Shown here one piece after another: positions 26,054 through 39,563 of a DNA stretch of 64,000 nucleotides. Each line of letters begins with the position of its first letter. Position 1 is the stretch's first letter. Both the position numbers and the translations under genes were made by a program. Source of the stretch: Octopus sinensis (Eukaryota). The notes beneath the pieces are model-generated. The model saw only the letters and a list, made by a program, of their open reading frames with translations. It had not been told where the DNA came from and made no database searches. The DNA lies in the NCBI RefSeq assembly GCF_006345805.1, contig NC_043002.1:102672001-102736000 (forward strand), read 5' to 3'.

Positions 26054-26274
26054 TTATGTATGAATGCATATGTGTGTAGGTATGCATTGTTTGCACGCCG
26101 TTTTTGTTTCTTTTTTTGCGATTAGTTTCGTCTCTGTTGACAACTCGAAATAATGCATATAAGATAATGCCGAGAAGAAAGAAAAAATATAAATAGAGAA
26201 AGTAAATAAACAATAATAAGGAATGTATTAAAGCAAACAAACAAACAAATAAGAATAATAATGATAACAATAAC

Positions 26275-26325
<51 letters not shown>

Positions 26326-26753
26326 CGGACAATATAATGTCGTACGAAAAAGAGAACACAATGAAAGCATAATAAAAAAAAAACCTAAAAAAAAAAACAG
26401 ATCGTCACCTTACATATAAATATATGATTAGTTTTGTCAACGAATGTGAAAAAGTAAGAAGACCCAAAAAATCAATGTCGCATTATGGATGTTGGTATAA
26501 GAATGTAAAGGAAAGGTAAATAGAAAAATTGGTTGCTTTGTAGATTAGAAACACTCTGGAGAGAAATCTAAGTATGCTAATTTTTTGATGAAAAACGGAG
26601 ATGCATGTCATGTAAATAAAAATAAAGGAACAAACATATCGATGATTTTAAGCAACAATGGATACGTTTATGCTTCAGTTTGTTCATTGTTGACAGGCAT
26701 TTTTAATCTCTCTCTCTCTCGCTTTCCATATACATTCACACATACATACATTC

Positions 26754-26785
<32 letters not shown>

Positions 26786-26825
26786 TATATATATATATAT
26801 GTATATTTATATATATATATATGTA

Positions 26826-26991
<166 letters not shown>

Positions 26992-27636
26992 TATATATAT
27001 AGTAAAAGAAACACCTTTTTATCAAATCAAAATGAAAAACTAAATTACACCATCTAGAAAATTACATATAATAGAAATATTAAATATTAGATAAATAATA
27101 TACCGATGATTAAGTAAAATTGTGAAATTTGATTTAGTATTTCTAAATTGAATTTTTCCCTGTAAGTTTGGAATAATATTCCCTCAAATGATATATATAT
27201 ATATAGGTATGCATGTATGTGTGAATGTACATGTATATGAATATGAATGTCATCGTATCTATAGATATTTACATATCTCGTCTCTTCCTCCATGATAGTT
27301 TGTCATCAGCTCTACAGAGGAAAGTTTCAAATCCATGGCTGACATTTGTTGCGAGTGTGTCTTAGGATATCTATATGAACCATCGAAACGAATTTTGGTT
27401 GACGGAAACTGTAATGAAGTTCAATTGATGGAGTCCACCGTCATTGTGGAAATGCGTTTAAACTACAAGTGACTGAGATGATAGTCAGCTACTTGCAAGC
27501 TGAAGTCATGATGTTTTAATGCGGTTCATGAAAGAAGTATACAATCGAATGTAAGGCAATGCAGACACATAGACATATATGTCAATTCTCATGCTTACGT
27601 GTATGTTATGTTTGTCTATAGAGACACTCATAAATA

Positions 27637-27885
27637 CAGGGTGTTCAAAACGTCTCGCCGCAGTGAATGTTTTTCATCCTGTCTCTCCAAGAATCAGACT
27701 CACGGATATATATTTCAAAACATGTGTAGAAGAGTCAACTTATGTATTGAAAATGAAGGACGACACTTTCAAAACCCCTTATAAAGTTTTTTAAAGTATT
27801 GTAGCGTCTAATGTATTCTTTTGTAATCTTACACCTTCTTATAAATATTCATTTAATTTTGCAGGGAGACGTTGTGAACACCTTG
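27637..27885. mobile_element. Tc1/mariner-derived MITE (249 bp)
   Basis: TIRs CAGGGTGTTCAAAACGTCTCGCCGCA / TGCAGGGAGACGTTGTGAACACCTTG flanked by TA. Confidence 0.85.
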
Positions 27886-28095
27886 TATTAATTGCGATAA
27901 CAGACGTGTGCACAGCTCGTATAAAGAAGTATGGTTGACATCATTGCTAAAAGAATCAATTTCATGTCTTCTTAGAAGTAAAATATTTAGGAATTGCAAC
28001 TCCGATGTTGTCCTCTAACAAAGAAATTATAGCATACACACATGTATATATACATAGAGTGAGAAAGATTGATATACATGCATCTCTTTCTCAGT
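27884..28095 (+). repeat. About 210-bp unclassified direct repeat, copy 1 (copy 2 at 35612-35822)
   Basis: tgtattaattgcgata...aagaagtatggttgacatcattgctaaaagaatc...catctctttct is nearly identical at both loci. Confidence 0.9.
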
Positions 28096-28237
28096 GTAAT
28101 GATATATTGTGAGTGAGTGTATATATGTATATACATATATATTTATATATTGTGAAAGCTGATTTAATACTAAAGTGTATTAACTTGTAAGTTTGGAGAT
28201 ATACACCCTAATATTATTATTATTATTATTATTATTA

Positions 28238-28281
<44 letters not shown>

Positions 28282-28521
28282 CAGTAGTTTTATTTTTATA
28301 GCGTGCATTCACTTCACTACCGAGCGCAGCTCTGTGTGCCTTAGGTATGTGCTGTGATTTGTTGTGATGCTCTGATGGTTATTGTATGGAAAGTGTTCTG
28401 CGTAGGATGTATGCAGTGCCTAGTAGTGCAATTATCTGTATGTTATATGTGTTTGTAAGTCCTGGTGTTTTTGTTATGTATTTGTCTGAATATTTTTTTA
28501 TCATGCCTAATGCACCTACTA

Positions 28522-29816
28522 CTAGGGGCGTTCAATAAGTAATGCCCCTAACTCACTTCTCATAGCAGTAGAGCAACGAAACTTTGCACAGTTATTAGTC
28601 TTTCTCTACATAGGAACCACCCAGAGTTACGCATTTCTCCCATCGGTTGATACAGCTCTGGAAACCGTTTTTTTTAGAAGACCCAGCTTGGTCCTCCAAC
28701 CACGAAGTGACTTCAGAAATCAAGGCTGCGTCATCTGGGAAACGCTTTCCTTTCAAAAACAACTTCATGGCTGGAAAGAGGTGAAAATCAGAGGGTGCGA
28801 GGTCAGGAGAGTAGGGTGGAGGGGGGGGGAGAGTTTATAGCCGCACGACTGTGCTTCTGATCTAGCGACAAGCGAGTTGTGGACCGGAGCGTTGTCCTGC
28901 AGGAGGAGGATGCCATTGCTGATCTTGCCCCGCCTCTTGATTTTGATAGTTACTCTTAATTTCCTCAAAAGTGAAGCATAATAGACTCCTGTAATTGTGG
29001 CACCCTTTGCCAGGAAATCTGTTATCAATACTCCGTCCTGGTCCCAGAAGACTGTGAGCATGAACTTACCAGCGGAGGGCTGCACCCTTGCCTTCTTTAG
29101 AGGAGGTGAGTCACGGTGCTTCCACTGCATTGACTGGGCTTTGATCTCTGGATCATAGTGATGGACCCAGGTTTCATCCTGTGTAATCAGACTTTTGAAA
29201 AATGTTGACTCATCTTGTTGGCACATCTCCAAATTCATCCTCGAGCACTCGACGCGTTCTTGCTTCTGGAAAGGTGTGAGCAACCTGGGAATCCATCTGG
29301 CAGACACCTTTTGCATATGCAAATGGTCATGAATGATAGTTTCCACAGACCCGGTACTAATCTTGAACTCGTGGGCTATTTGGCGAATAGTTATTCGTCG
29401 ATCTCCCAAAATGGCAGCCTCAACTTGACGGACAGATGCCTCATCAATTGCAGAAGGGGGGCGACCAGATCTGGGAGCTGTTTCCACCGAGTTCCGACCA
29501 TGTTTGAATTCACGATGCCAGCGTTTTACAAGGTCATATGATGGGGCAACATTACCATAAGTTACTTTCATTTCATCAAAAGTCTCCCGTGGTTTGCGTC
29601 CTTTCAAATACAAAAACCAGATCACTGCTCGACACTCAACAGGCTCCATTTCACACTTGACTCAGTTCAAACACCTGTAAATCAGAAACCTCAATTAGTT
29701 TAGAGCTGTAATTTGCCACTTACTCTATAGAGATATAAATAATAGCACACGAAAAATTTCAACTAGATCAAACAATTGCAAGTGGGTCAGGGTCATTACT
29801 TATTGAACGCCCCTCG
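28522..29816 (-). mobile_element. Mariner (DD34D) copy 2, nested in the Dong element
   Basis: Same TIRs as copy 1. TA duplicated at 28520-21 and 29817-18. Confidence 0.97.
28596..29649 (-). pseudogene. Mariner transposase with one net frameshift
   Basis: Open from the ATG at 29649 through QDETW and QDNAPVH. A +2 shift in a C-run near 28820-28830 precedes YSPDLAPSDF. The tail is otherwise open to ...YVEKD-stop. Confidence 0.9.
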
Positions 29817-32800
29817 TATGAGAGGAATTGTTTCTGTTTTTAGATTCCACGTTCTGGTTACCTCTATTTCTAGGTCTTTGTATTTTGAAAGTTTCTTCAT
29901 TTCTTTTAGAGACACGTTGTCATCGGCCGGTATTGATACATCAATTAGAAAGCATTTTTTTCTTCATGATCTCTGAAAACTATATCTGGTCTGTTGGCCT
30001 TAATTTCTTTATCTGTGTGTATCGGCATATCCCAGAGTATGGTTGCTTTCTCGTTTTCTGTGACCTCTCCTGGTGTATGCCTATACCATTTTTTCTGTTG
30101 TTATTCCATAATGTTGGCATAGCTTCCAGTGTATGTAGGTTCCAACTCTGTCCTGTCTATGAATATATTCCTTCTTAGCCAGGACTAGGCAGCCAGAGAT
30201 AATATGATTTATTGTTTCTTGTCCATCTCAACATATTCTGCAGTTACTTGTTATATTTCTTTTCATTACATGTTTTTGGTAATTTCTGGTGGGGAGGCTT
30301 TGGTCATGTGCTGCAATTAAAAACCCTCTGTCTCTGCTTTGAGTCCTGAGCTTCTCAACCATTGCTGGGATTTTTCTTTGTCTATTTCTTTTGCGTTTAG
30401 TATTTACCATGAAGGGGCTTTTCTTGCCCTTGTTTTATCATGGTTCGTTGCTGTTCTAGTTTTAGTTTGGATTTCATTTGTTTTATAGCTTTTGTTGTTT
30501 CCTCTTCTTCTTCTTCTTCTTCTTCTTCTTCTTCTTCTTCTTCAGATTTATTAGGTGGTATGATTTCTTGTTTGTATTTGTCAGCTTCCTTAAATACTGA
30601 GAACAGTTTTTTGCTCGTGTTTTGCCGCTATTTGAATCAGCTTTCCTTCCTTCTGAAGTAGATATTTTTGCAGACCTATGATGGTCATTTTAAAGTAGTT
30701 TTCCAGCTGTATATGGTCTCTACCACCTTCTATACGTCGTATATATATTCTTTCTATGTCAGATTTTGGGTGATGCATCCTAGATCCTGTCATTATTTTT
30801 CTTGTTTTCCTATCTATTTTGGTCAGTTCATTTAGTGTCCAGTTAAGGATATTGTAGCTGTAACTTATAACTGGGACAGCTGAAAAGTTAATACCTATCA
30901 TCTTGTTTTTAGCATTGAGCTATGTTTTTAGTATTGATCTAACTCGTCTATAATTTTTTTTTTATTTTCTCTTTCATTTGTGTGTGTTGTGTCTTATCTA
31001 GTTCATGGATTCCTAAGTATTTGTAAGTTTGGCTTTGGTCTAATTCTTTTATTCATTGGTTTTATCTAGTGTGATGTTGCTACTCTTAACTTGTTTTCGT
31101 CTTTTCATGGTTACTTAGGTGCATTTTTCTAATCCAAATTTCATATATATTTCTTTGGTAAACCCATGAACTGATTTTAATAGTGTTTCCAGTTGTTTGT
31201 TATTTGCAGCGTATAGTTTTAGGTCATCCATATATAAAAGGTGGCTGATCGTTTTGCCGTAACATCTATATCCGCATGCAGTTCTATTTAGCATATCAGA
31301 TAGATGTGACAGTGCCAAGCAGAAAAGGAGTGGAGAGAGCATGTCTCCCTGGAATATTCCTCTTCTAATGGGGATGGCTTTGGTTTTCATGAGTTCCTCT
31401 TTTGTTTGGAGCTGTAGCACTGTTTGCCATTTATTCATAGAGTACCCTATGAATATTATAATTGTTGGTGCTACTTTGTTAATGGCAGGTGTTTCGAGGA
31501 TCCATGTGCGGGGGATACTATCAAACGCCTTTTTGTAGTCGATCCAGGCCATACTGAGGCCTTTCTTCTTTCTGTGGCTGTCTTCAGTTATGGCTTTATT
31601 AATCATTAGTTGATCTTTACAGCCATATGAGCCTTTGCGGCATCCTTTCTGCTCTTCTGGAAACAGGTTATTTTCGTCCAGCTGCTTGTTCAACCTTTGC
31701 GATATCACTGCAGTAAATGCCTTGTACATTGTAGGGAGACAGGTTATTGGTCTGTAGTTTTCTGGTTTTGCTGTCTCATTTGATTTGGGAATAAAGATGG
31801 TTTTTCCCTTCGTGAGTCATTCAGGCATTGTCTCTGCCTCTGCTAGTAGGTTGTTAAAGTTTTCAGCCAGCTTTTTATGCATTCCTGTTAGATATTTCAA
31901 CCAGAAGTTGGCGATCTTGTCATGCCCAGGTGCCTTCCAGTTGCTTAGTCTTTGCAGTGCCTGGGTGACCTCTTCAGTTGTTATGGGGGTCCAAAGTTGC
32001 TCAGATGCTGAGTTTGTTGTTTTAATACTCTTTTTTTCGGGTTGTTCGTTCGCCGACCATGTTTTTCTCCAGAATTCTTCCACTTCTTCTGACGTTGGTG
32101 CTGCAGTGATTTCTATTTTATTTTTGCCAAGTTCTTGGTAGAATTTTGGGGGTTGGAGTTGAACTTTTTGTTTTGTTCAAAGAAGCGCTGGCGTTTCTCG
32201 TACCGGCGGATCCTTTGTGCTTTGGCAAGGATATCTTGTTTCAGCTTTTCTTTTATCTCAGGTAAATCTTTCTCTGTGATGTTATATTTGAGGAGTATTT
32301 TTGTTTTCTTTTTGTTGCTCAGTAGCGTTGATTGTCTACTGATTTCATTAAGAATCGACAGATCTTTTCTCATTTTTTGTATTTTGTTTTGATGTTATTT
32401 ATCCACAGGGTTTGTTTGGGTGGTGGTACTTCTGTTTGGATGGGTTTGAATGAGTATCCAGCTTCTTTTGTTGCTGCAGTGGCTGCTGCGTATACTAAGT
32501 CATTTAGCTCAGTGATATCGCTTTTTGTTTCAGTGGCTATTAGTTCCGTGACGGCTAGGTTTATGCTGTTTATAATTGGTGTTGTTGTTTTGTCTATTTT
32601 GATTTTTGGGAGGTATGGTCGGTGGTCCATTTTGAGCTCTGTGGTTTTCAGTTCTTTGATTATTTTACTTTTTATATTATCATAATCATTAGGCTCCCCT
32701 TCGTCGTTTCCAGGTTTTAGATTTGTGTCGCTTTCTTTCTTATTTATATGTTTGTTTGTTGTGTTTTGGCTTGCTGTTTGTCGTGTATTATTATGCATCC

Positions 32801-33609
32801 TTACGGTCTGAGTTTGTTGCTTTTTGTTTACATCGTGTTTGTTGGGAATGTTACGTTTGCTTCGTGTTTTACTGTTTCAGTGTTTATATTATTGGGCATT
32901 GTTGTGTGGCTTCTATCTACATTTTCCTAGTGTATATTTTCTTTTAGATGTTTTATTTCTAGTTCTGATATTTTTTTTGCGTCGAGAATGTATCTTCGTA
33001 CGTTAGCTAGTTTATTAGGGTTCATTGCTGTATCCAAGTCTACATTTATGTTATTTTCCTTCCATATTTTATATGTATGTGTTCTTGTGTTTTCATTTTT
33101 TGGGTAGAGCACTGCTGTGAAGTATGCGTTTAGGATAGAAATGTATTCCTCACGTGTCCATTTATGTATTTTGGGTTTTATTTGCGGGACATGAGGAACA
33201 ACGTCCGGCCCATTATTTTGACGGTCGTCATTTTTGTTGGGTACCGGTCCGTTCATTTCTGTTGTCACATTGTTATTCTTGGGTTGAATAATATCGGTGA
33301 TACTTAATTTCTTCGTAGTTCCTTTGTACATGGTGTTTGGGGTCGGGGATGATCTGGTGTTGATGGATCGTAATGTACCACGCATATTTACATGTGTTGT
33401 GTTAGAGGTAGAGATGATATCGAGTCAAAATACATCATTTCGTTCCGAAAATAGTAATAAATTTCAATGAGTATTTATTACTCGGATACAGTCCAATCCC
33501 TTGTTAGTAAATCTTTGACTCCATACGATGTCTTTGTTTTCGATGTTTGTGGATAGATTTCGGAGCTCTGTTTTATCGTTCTTACATCTTAAACGTCCCC
33601 CGGTGTATC

Positions 33610-33670
<61 letters not shown>

Positions 33671-33672
<2 letters not shown>

Positions 33673-33870
33673 CCCCAAACTTTTAACCGGAGACTGGACA
33701 ACTTTCTTCAATGAATACCAGATAAGCCACCTATGGGTGGATGCAGCTAATTCAACATGAACTCACAACTTGAATGGAACATAATACCACAAAATTTGAC
33801 CTAAAACGGATTTAGATAATCTTCTCAGGTGGTGCTATTAGTTATACATGGCTTGGACCAATCTAAGTTT
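33671..33870 (+). mobile_element. 200-bp 5'-truncated 3' end of the CR1 family at 50138-54804
   Basis: Aligns with the reverse complement of 50138-50350 (gaataccagataagccacc...caggtggtgctatta...catggc.tggaccaatct). Confidence 0.85.
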
Positions 33871-33938
33871 ATATACATACATATATATATATATACATAT
33901 ATATATATTATATATATATATATATAGTATATATATAT

Positions 33939-34016
<78 letters not shown>

Positions 34017-34051
34017 GATATATATATATATATATTATATATATATATATA

Positions 34052-35281
34052 CAGGTTGTCCCAGAAAAATGTATACACACTTTAGCAGCTGATAACTCAA
34101 TTGATATTTTTTCTTTCCAGATGAAACCTATAGGATTTAATGATGGCAGTCAGATTAAGCTTTGAACAAAGAAAATTCATTCTAAAATGATACTGGAAGT
34201 GTGAAAATGCAGTTGAAGTGCAAAAACAGTTGGGGAGGGAGTTTCAAATAGATCCACCAATGGAACTCCCTATCACTTGAATTAGAGATAAGTTTGAAGC
34301 TGATGGAACTGTTCAGAATGTCCACGATAAACATTCCAGAAGACCCCGAACATCAACAACCCCAACAAAGCAAGGAGTACTGGAAATGAATCACCAAAGT
34401 CCAAGAAAATCTGTGCGGAAAGCGAGTCATGAGGTAGGTATTCCAAAATCATCTGTCCAATGCATTTTGAAGCATATCAATGGAAAAGTTACATTCAAAG
34501 ATTAGTCCATGCTATTAATGATGATGATCCAGACGAAAGAGTGCAGCATTGCGAGTGGTACTTGGAACGATGTGTAGAAGCTGCACACTTTCCAACAAAG
34601 ATTGTGTGGAGTGATGAAGCCACATTCAAATTAAATGGTTCAATTAACTGCCACAATTGCACCTAGTGGTGTCCTGAGTATCTGCATGTTATGGTGAAAC
34701 ACCATGTTAATTTGATATTTGTGTGGTGTGGTTTATCATCCAGAGGATTAATTGGACAATTCTTTTGTTATGCTACTGTGACTGGTCCCGTTTACTTGAA
34801 CTTGTTGCAACAGTCTGTTATGCCAAGCATTAGAGAAGACTTTGAAGATGAGAAGTTTTATTTTCAGCAAGATGGGGCACCCCCACACTACCATTGCTAT
34901 GTTAGATCCTTCCTTGATGAGATCTTGCTAAACAGATGGATTGGATGAAGAGGTATGGTTGAATTCACCAGACCTCACACCACTAGACTTTTTTATGGGG
35001 ATACCTTAAAGACAAATTCTACGCTATGAAACTTACAAGTCGCTGATTTGAGAGCAGCCATTGGACGAGAGTGCACACAAACACCAAACAAATTCTTCTG
35101 TGATATTTGTGATTCCATTCCTTTGCGTTGTCAGCAGTGCCTGGACCAGACCGGACATCAGTTTGAAAACAGGCTTTGACAAAACAATAAAATAATGTCT
35201 GTAGATTCTATTAATTTTGAAAATGAAGTGTCTTTTAATAAACAACTACTTTACAATTGTGCATACATTTTTTGGGACACC

Positions 35282-35284
<3 letters not shown>
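34052..35284 (+). mobile_element. rosa-like (DD41D-type) Tc1/mariner element, defective
   Basis: About 27-bp TIRs (CAGGTTGTCCCAGAAAAATGTATACAC / GTGCATACATTTTTTGGGACACCCTG) in a (TA)n array. Motifs [20 protein letters not shown] and PDLTPLDFF. D-D spacing is 41 if an inferred 11-bp deletion in the PPRS motif is restored. Confidence 0.9.
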
Positions 35285-35362
<78 letters not shown>

Positions 35363-35429
35363 ATATATATATATATATATATGTATGTATACATATTACA
35401 CACACACACACATTCGCCATGATAGATCG

Positions 35430-35605
35430 CTAGCCAATAAACCTTTTATTTTTATTTACTCCCTATGTTTATTTCTGTGCTCCTTTGTGTCGCAGAGCAT
35501 AGGCTTGAAACGTGAAAAGAATTTTCCACCTCCCGAGCGTTAAACTAATACATATGTTTGGTGTTTACACACCCGTCTTCGTCGTATGATTTTTGTAAAT
35601 ATACC
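35430..35605 (+). mobile_element. Penelope-type terminal-repeat fragment
   Basis: Related to 49230-49390 (gagc.taggct.gaaacgt..aag...gagcg..a.actaatac). Contains a decayed hammerhead-like motif. Confidence 0.5.
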
Positions 35606-35611
35606 TATATA

Positions 35612-35822
35612 TGTATTAATTGCGATAGCAGACGTGTGTACAGCCCTTGTAAAGAAGTATGGTTGACATCATTGCTAAAAGAATCAATTTCATGTCTTCT
35701 TAGAAGTAAAGTATTTAGGAATTGCAACTTCGATGTTGTCCTCTATCAAATAAATTATCGCATACACACATGTATATATACATAGAGTGAGAAAGATTGA
35801 TATACGTGCATCTCTTTCTGAG
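35612..35822 (+). repeat. About 210-bp unclassified direct repeat, copy 2
   Basis: See 27884-28095. Confidence 0.9.
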
Positions 35823-35844
35823 TATAGTATTCAAAAATTTAGTT

Positions 35845-36680
35845 TAAAATATTAGTAAGAGAATTTCTAGCCTCTCCTCCGATAAGGACATTTTTAATAG
35901 CGTTGCCCCAGTTTATAATAAGGCTTTAAAAGATAGTGGTTTTAGCGAAAAAATAAAATATACACCAGTTACTAGCCCAACAGTAAAGAAGAGGAAAAAT
36001 AGAAATAGGAAGATCATCTGGTTTACACTCCCTTACTCAACCGAGGTGACCTTCAATATAGGTAAATATTTCTTAACACTGATAGATAGATATTTTCCAG
36101 TCAACCATACTTATAGGAAACTCTTCAATAAACACAATTTAAAAATTAGTTTTAGTTCTACTACCAATTTTAAAAATATAATCACACATAACACACACAA
36201 ACCACAACAAGAAAACAGCTGTTCATGCAGGAATAAAAACTTATGCCCGCTAAATGGAGCTTGCATGTCCGAGACCATCATCTATGAAGCTACCGTGTAC
36301 TCTATAACCACTAAAGACACCGTTTCGACGAAGAAATACGTGGGCCTTATAGAGGGTAATTTCTAGGCCAGGTTCAATAACCACACCTTGAGTTTTAGAC
36401 ACTGGAACAAAAGAAAAGCGACAAAATTATCTAATCATATTTGGTCTTTAAAAGATAAAGGTGTTGATTATACATCCATTGGAAGATTTTGGCCAAATGT
36501 AAGCCCTACACCAACGGCAGCGGAAGGTGCGGCCTATGCGACATGGAGAGATGGCTTATCTGGAAAAGCAGCTTAGACCCTTCTACATGTCTAAACTCAA
36601 GGACAGAACTTTTCGGATCATGCCGACATGTGACTAAATTTTTGTTACGTTTTTGGTCCCCTAAAGAAAACAGATAGAAC
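35845..36680 (+). mobile_element. Penelope-like element, C-terminal fragment with GIY-YIG endonuclease
   Basis: RISSLSSDKDIF...RKIIWFTLPYS...CSCRNKNLCPLNGAC...IIYEATV...KYVG...CGLCDMER...LNSRTELFGSCRH. One stop and one frameshift. Confidence 0.88.
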
Positions 36681-37537
36681 TTGCTTTCTATATTATGTCC
36701 CAAAAAGTTTTTTTTATCTCATTATACCTTATATTATTTCATATATACTTTTATATTTTCACACACTAATTTTTTCTGTAATTTTCTATCCTGCATTTTT
36801 TCCTGTGCCTATATAGATGTGTATATAGATTCATTTGTACACGTGTGTGAATATGTATGAGTGGGCAGTGAATATGTATGAGTGCGTGTGTGCGGGCATA
36901 AGAATGCACATATATATATAGACGTTTTTACTTAGTATTTTTCCATTTTTTTTTGGTGGGGGGGACATATGTATATTCATTTTTTGTATATGCGTGTGTA
37001 TGTATGCGTATATAAATATGTGCGGGTATGTACATATATGGGCGTGTGTGTGTATGAGTGCATAGGGGTATGTCCGTATATGAACGTGGTTTTTATGCTT
37101 TGTATACTTCCTTATGTTTTTTTCTGTTACATTTAACCATGGTTTTTCTTGTGCTTGTGCGTATATAGGCGTATGTATGACTTTTACGGTACGCATATGT
37201 GTGTGTATGAGTTTGTATATATATGCGTATATATTTGGCGAAAAATGCGAGTGAAGATGTGTACGTTTTCATAGTTACGTATAAGTACGCACGTGGATTC
37301 GCGAGCAGAATTATAACACAGTAATTTCCCTTTATATAATGGTATTTTTTCATTGCGTTTTTCAGATGGCCAGATAACCGCAGAGATTGTGTTGTGGATT
37401 TCCGCTTCTGCATCTGGAACTCAGAGTTTTATCTTGACTATTGAGTAAATGTAACATATTATTTTATAGATAAATTTCCTCTATTTACATAATATTGAGG
37501 TCTCTTTCTTTCTTTTGTTATTTTACCGTTTTTTACC

Positions 37538-37590
<53 letters not shown>

Positions 37591-37648
37591 GTATAGATAC
37601 ATATAATATATATATATGTATATATACATATATATCTATATATATATC

Positions 37649-37696
<48 letters not shown>

Positions 37697-38666
37697 TATA
37701 TATATATATATATATATACATGCGCGCGCGTACGTGTGCGTGCTTGTGTTTAAGAAACAATATGTGTCAAGAGACGTCGAAAAGTAAACATAAATATAAT
37801 TTCTCACACGAGCATTACATATGATATGAATGTCACCATCAATACTACTTCATCATCATCATGATCATTACCATCGTATTCATCGTCGTCTTCGTCGTCG
37901 TCATTACCACAAGGGTTAACTTCTCCATCGACATCTTCCTCAAACATCATATCCAAAAACATGATAAACAAAACAGACAGCAGTAGTAGTAATATGAAAC
38001 GTTGCATTTGTATCAGAAAGAAAAAAAAAATTATAACGAAATTATGATAATTTTCGCAATCGTTAAATGTAATTATTAAGATTCTGGCAGAATTTTTTCT
38101 TGAAGGAACGTATACAATTATTGAGTTTTCTAACTAGTATGGTTAACAGCGGAATTGAGAAGCCATCGGAGCCCTTGTTTCTGTGACAACATGTATTTGT
38201 TTGTCATGCGGTGTTTAAGTTTGAAACATAAAATCTGATTTACTGTGTTTATTGAGCGATAACTAATATAAGGCTGGAGGTGATTGTTTTGTAACTTGTT
38301 TACAAACAAAAGTAGCAACAAAGCTACACTACAGATGTGTCAAGGCAGACACAGACGCTTGCACACATACACACATGCACCATGCATGCATATATATATA
38401 AATATATATATATATACCCACAAGTATGCACATAAGTGCAGAACGAGGTGGGAGAAATAGTACTCGAATACCGAAGGTAGAGCAATATGCTTTTATATCA
38501 AAGTTCCAAAAGGCACAAAAGAAGTGCTACTCAGATTTTCACGGTCAAGTTCGTCGGTCAGATGTGATGCATATTCTGCGCGACGAACGGAAGCATAAAA
38601 GTCTGAGTAGAAGTTACTGTGATATTTTGGCAGCTATAAATAAATAAATAGATTCATATATATATA

Positions 38667-38812
38667 GGCGCAGGAGTGGCTACGACGTAAGTAGCTTGCT
38701 TACCAACGACATTGTTCAAAGTTCAGTCCCACTGCGTGGCACTTTCAGGCAACTGTCTTTTACTATAGAGTCGGACCGACCAAAGTCTTGATAGTGTATT
38801 TCTTAGACCGTC
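38667..38812 (+). mobile_element. SINE family A, 5' part
   Basis: GGCGCAGGAGTGGCT...AGTTCAGTCCCACTGCGTGGCAC. Confidence 0.8.
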
Positions 38813-38864
38813 ATTATATATATATAGAATATATATAGTATAATATATTATATATATATATGTG

Positions 38865-38907
<43 letters not shown>

Positions 38908-39501
38908 GTGTGTGTGTGTTGTATGTGTGTGTGTGTGGTGTGTGTGTGTGTGTGTATACGCACCATGTATATATATGAAATACAATTAAGATTCAGTTGA
39001 ATTAGCTGCTTAAATTTTGGCACGTTGTCAGGTAAGCGTAGCAAGCATACTGTACAATATTAAATGACTATCAGACTTGGGGCATAAGTGCGGCCACGTG
39101 ATATTCTTGCAAATTATACTGACAATAAGAGCCAGCTGAGTGAAAAAAAAATTACTTTTAGCTATTAAGACGTACTTAATATTAAAAGTATTTTTTCTAA
39201 TATTTACGAAGCGTGGAATGCAGCAGAGGTTAATGAACTAAAAATGAGTAACAAAAAGTTACAGGTGTGAATCCATTACTGCCATCTACGACTTCTTTAA
39301 TCGAGAACTTGACATCATTTTAAAGAAAACGTTTTCGTCAGATAAATTAATTATCTTGGAACATAATTTTTTCATTGTGTTGAATTTGTGAACCACGTTC
39401 GAACTTCCTGTCATGTTTAAAGAGGATGAATTCATCTGACAAAAATGGTTTCTTTACAATGTAAAGTTCTCGACATGGCCCCGAAATCAACTCTTGGTCG
39501 A

Positions 39502-39563
<62 letters not shown>

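Larger units (their letters stand above)
28280..33612 (-). mobile_element. Full-length R4/Dong-clade non-LTR retrotransposon (Myb-like, RT, CCHC, restriction-like endonuclease), interrupted by a mariner
   Basis: Motifs QKGCRKGSYGCKDQL, AWIDYKKAFDS, GIFQGDMLSPLLF, LYMDD, CRIC and ANRPDIV...LIDVSIP...KLSKYKDL, and C-terminal IVGALG...ALLGTAYILRR. (TAA)n on both sides. About 4.0 kb net of the mariner, with several stops and frameshifts. Confidence 0.92.

Noticed and set aside
37360-37430. Possible hammerhead relic (gccagat...atctgg-aactcagagt)
   Set aside because: Both core boxes are eroded, too degenerate to support.
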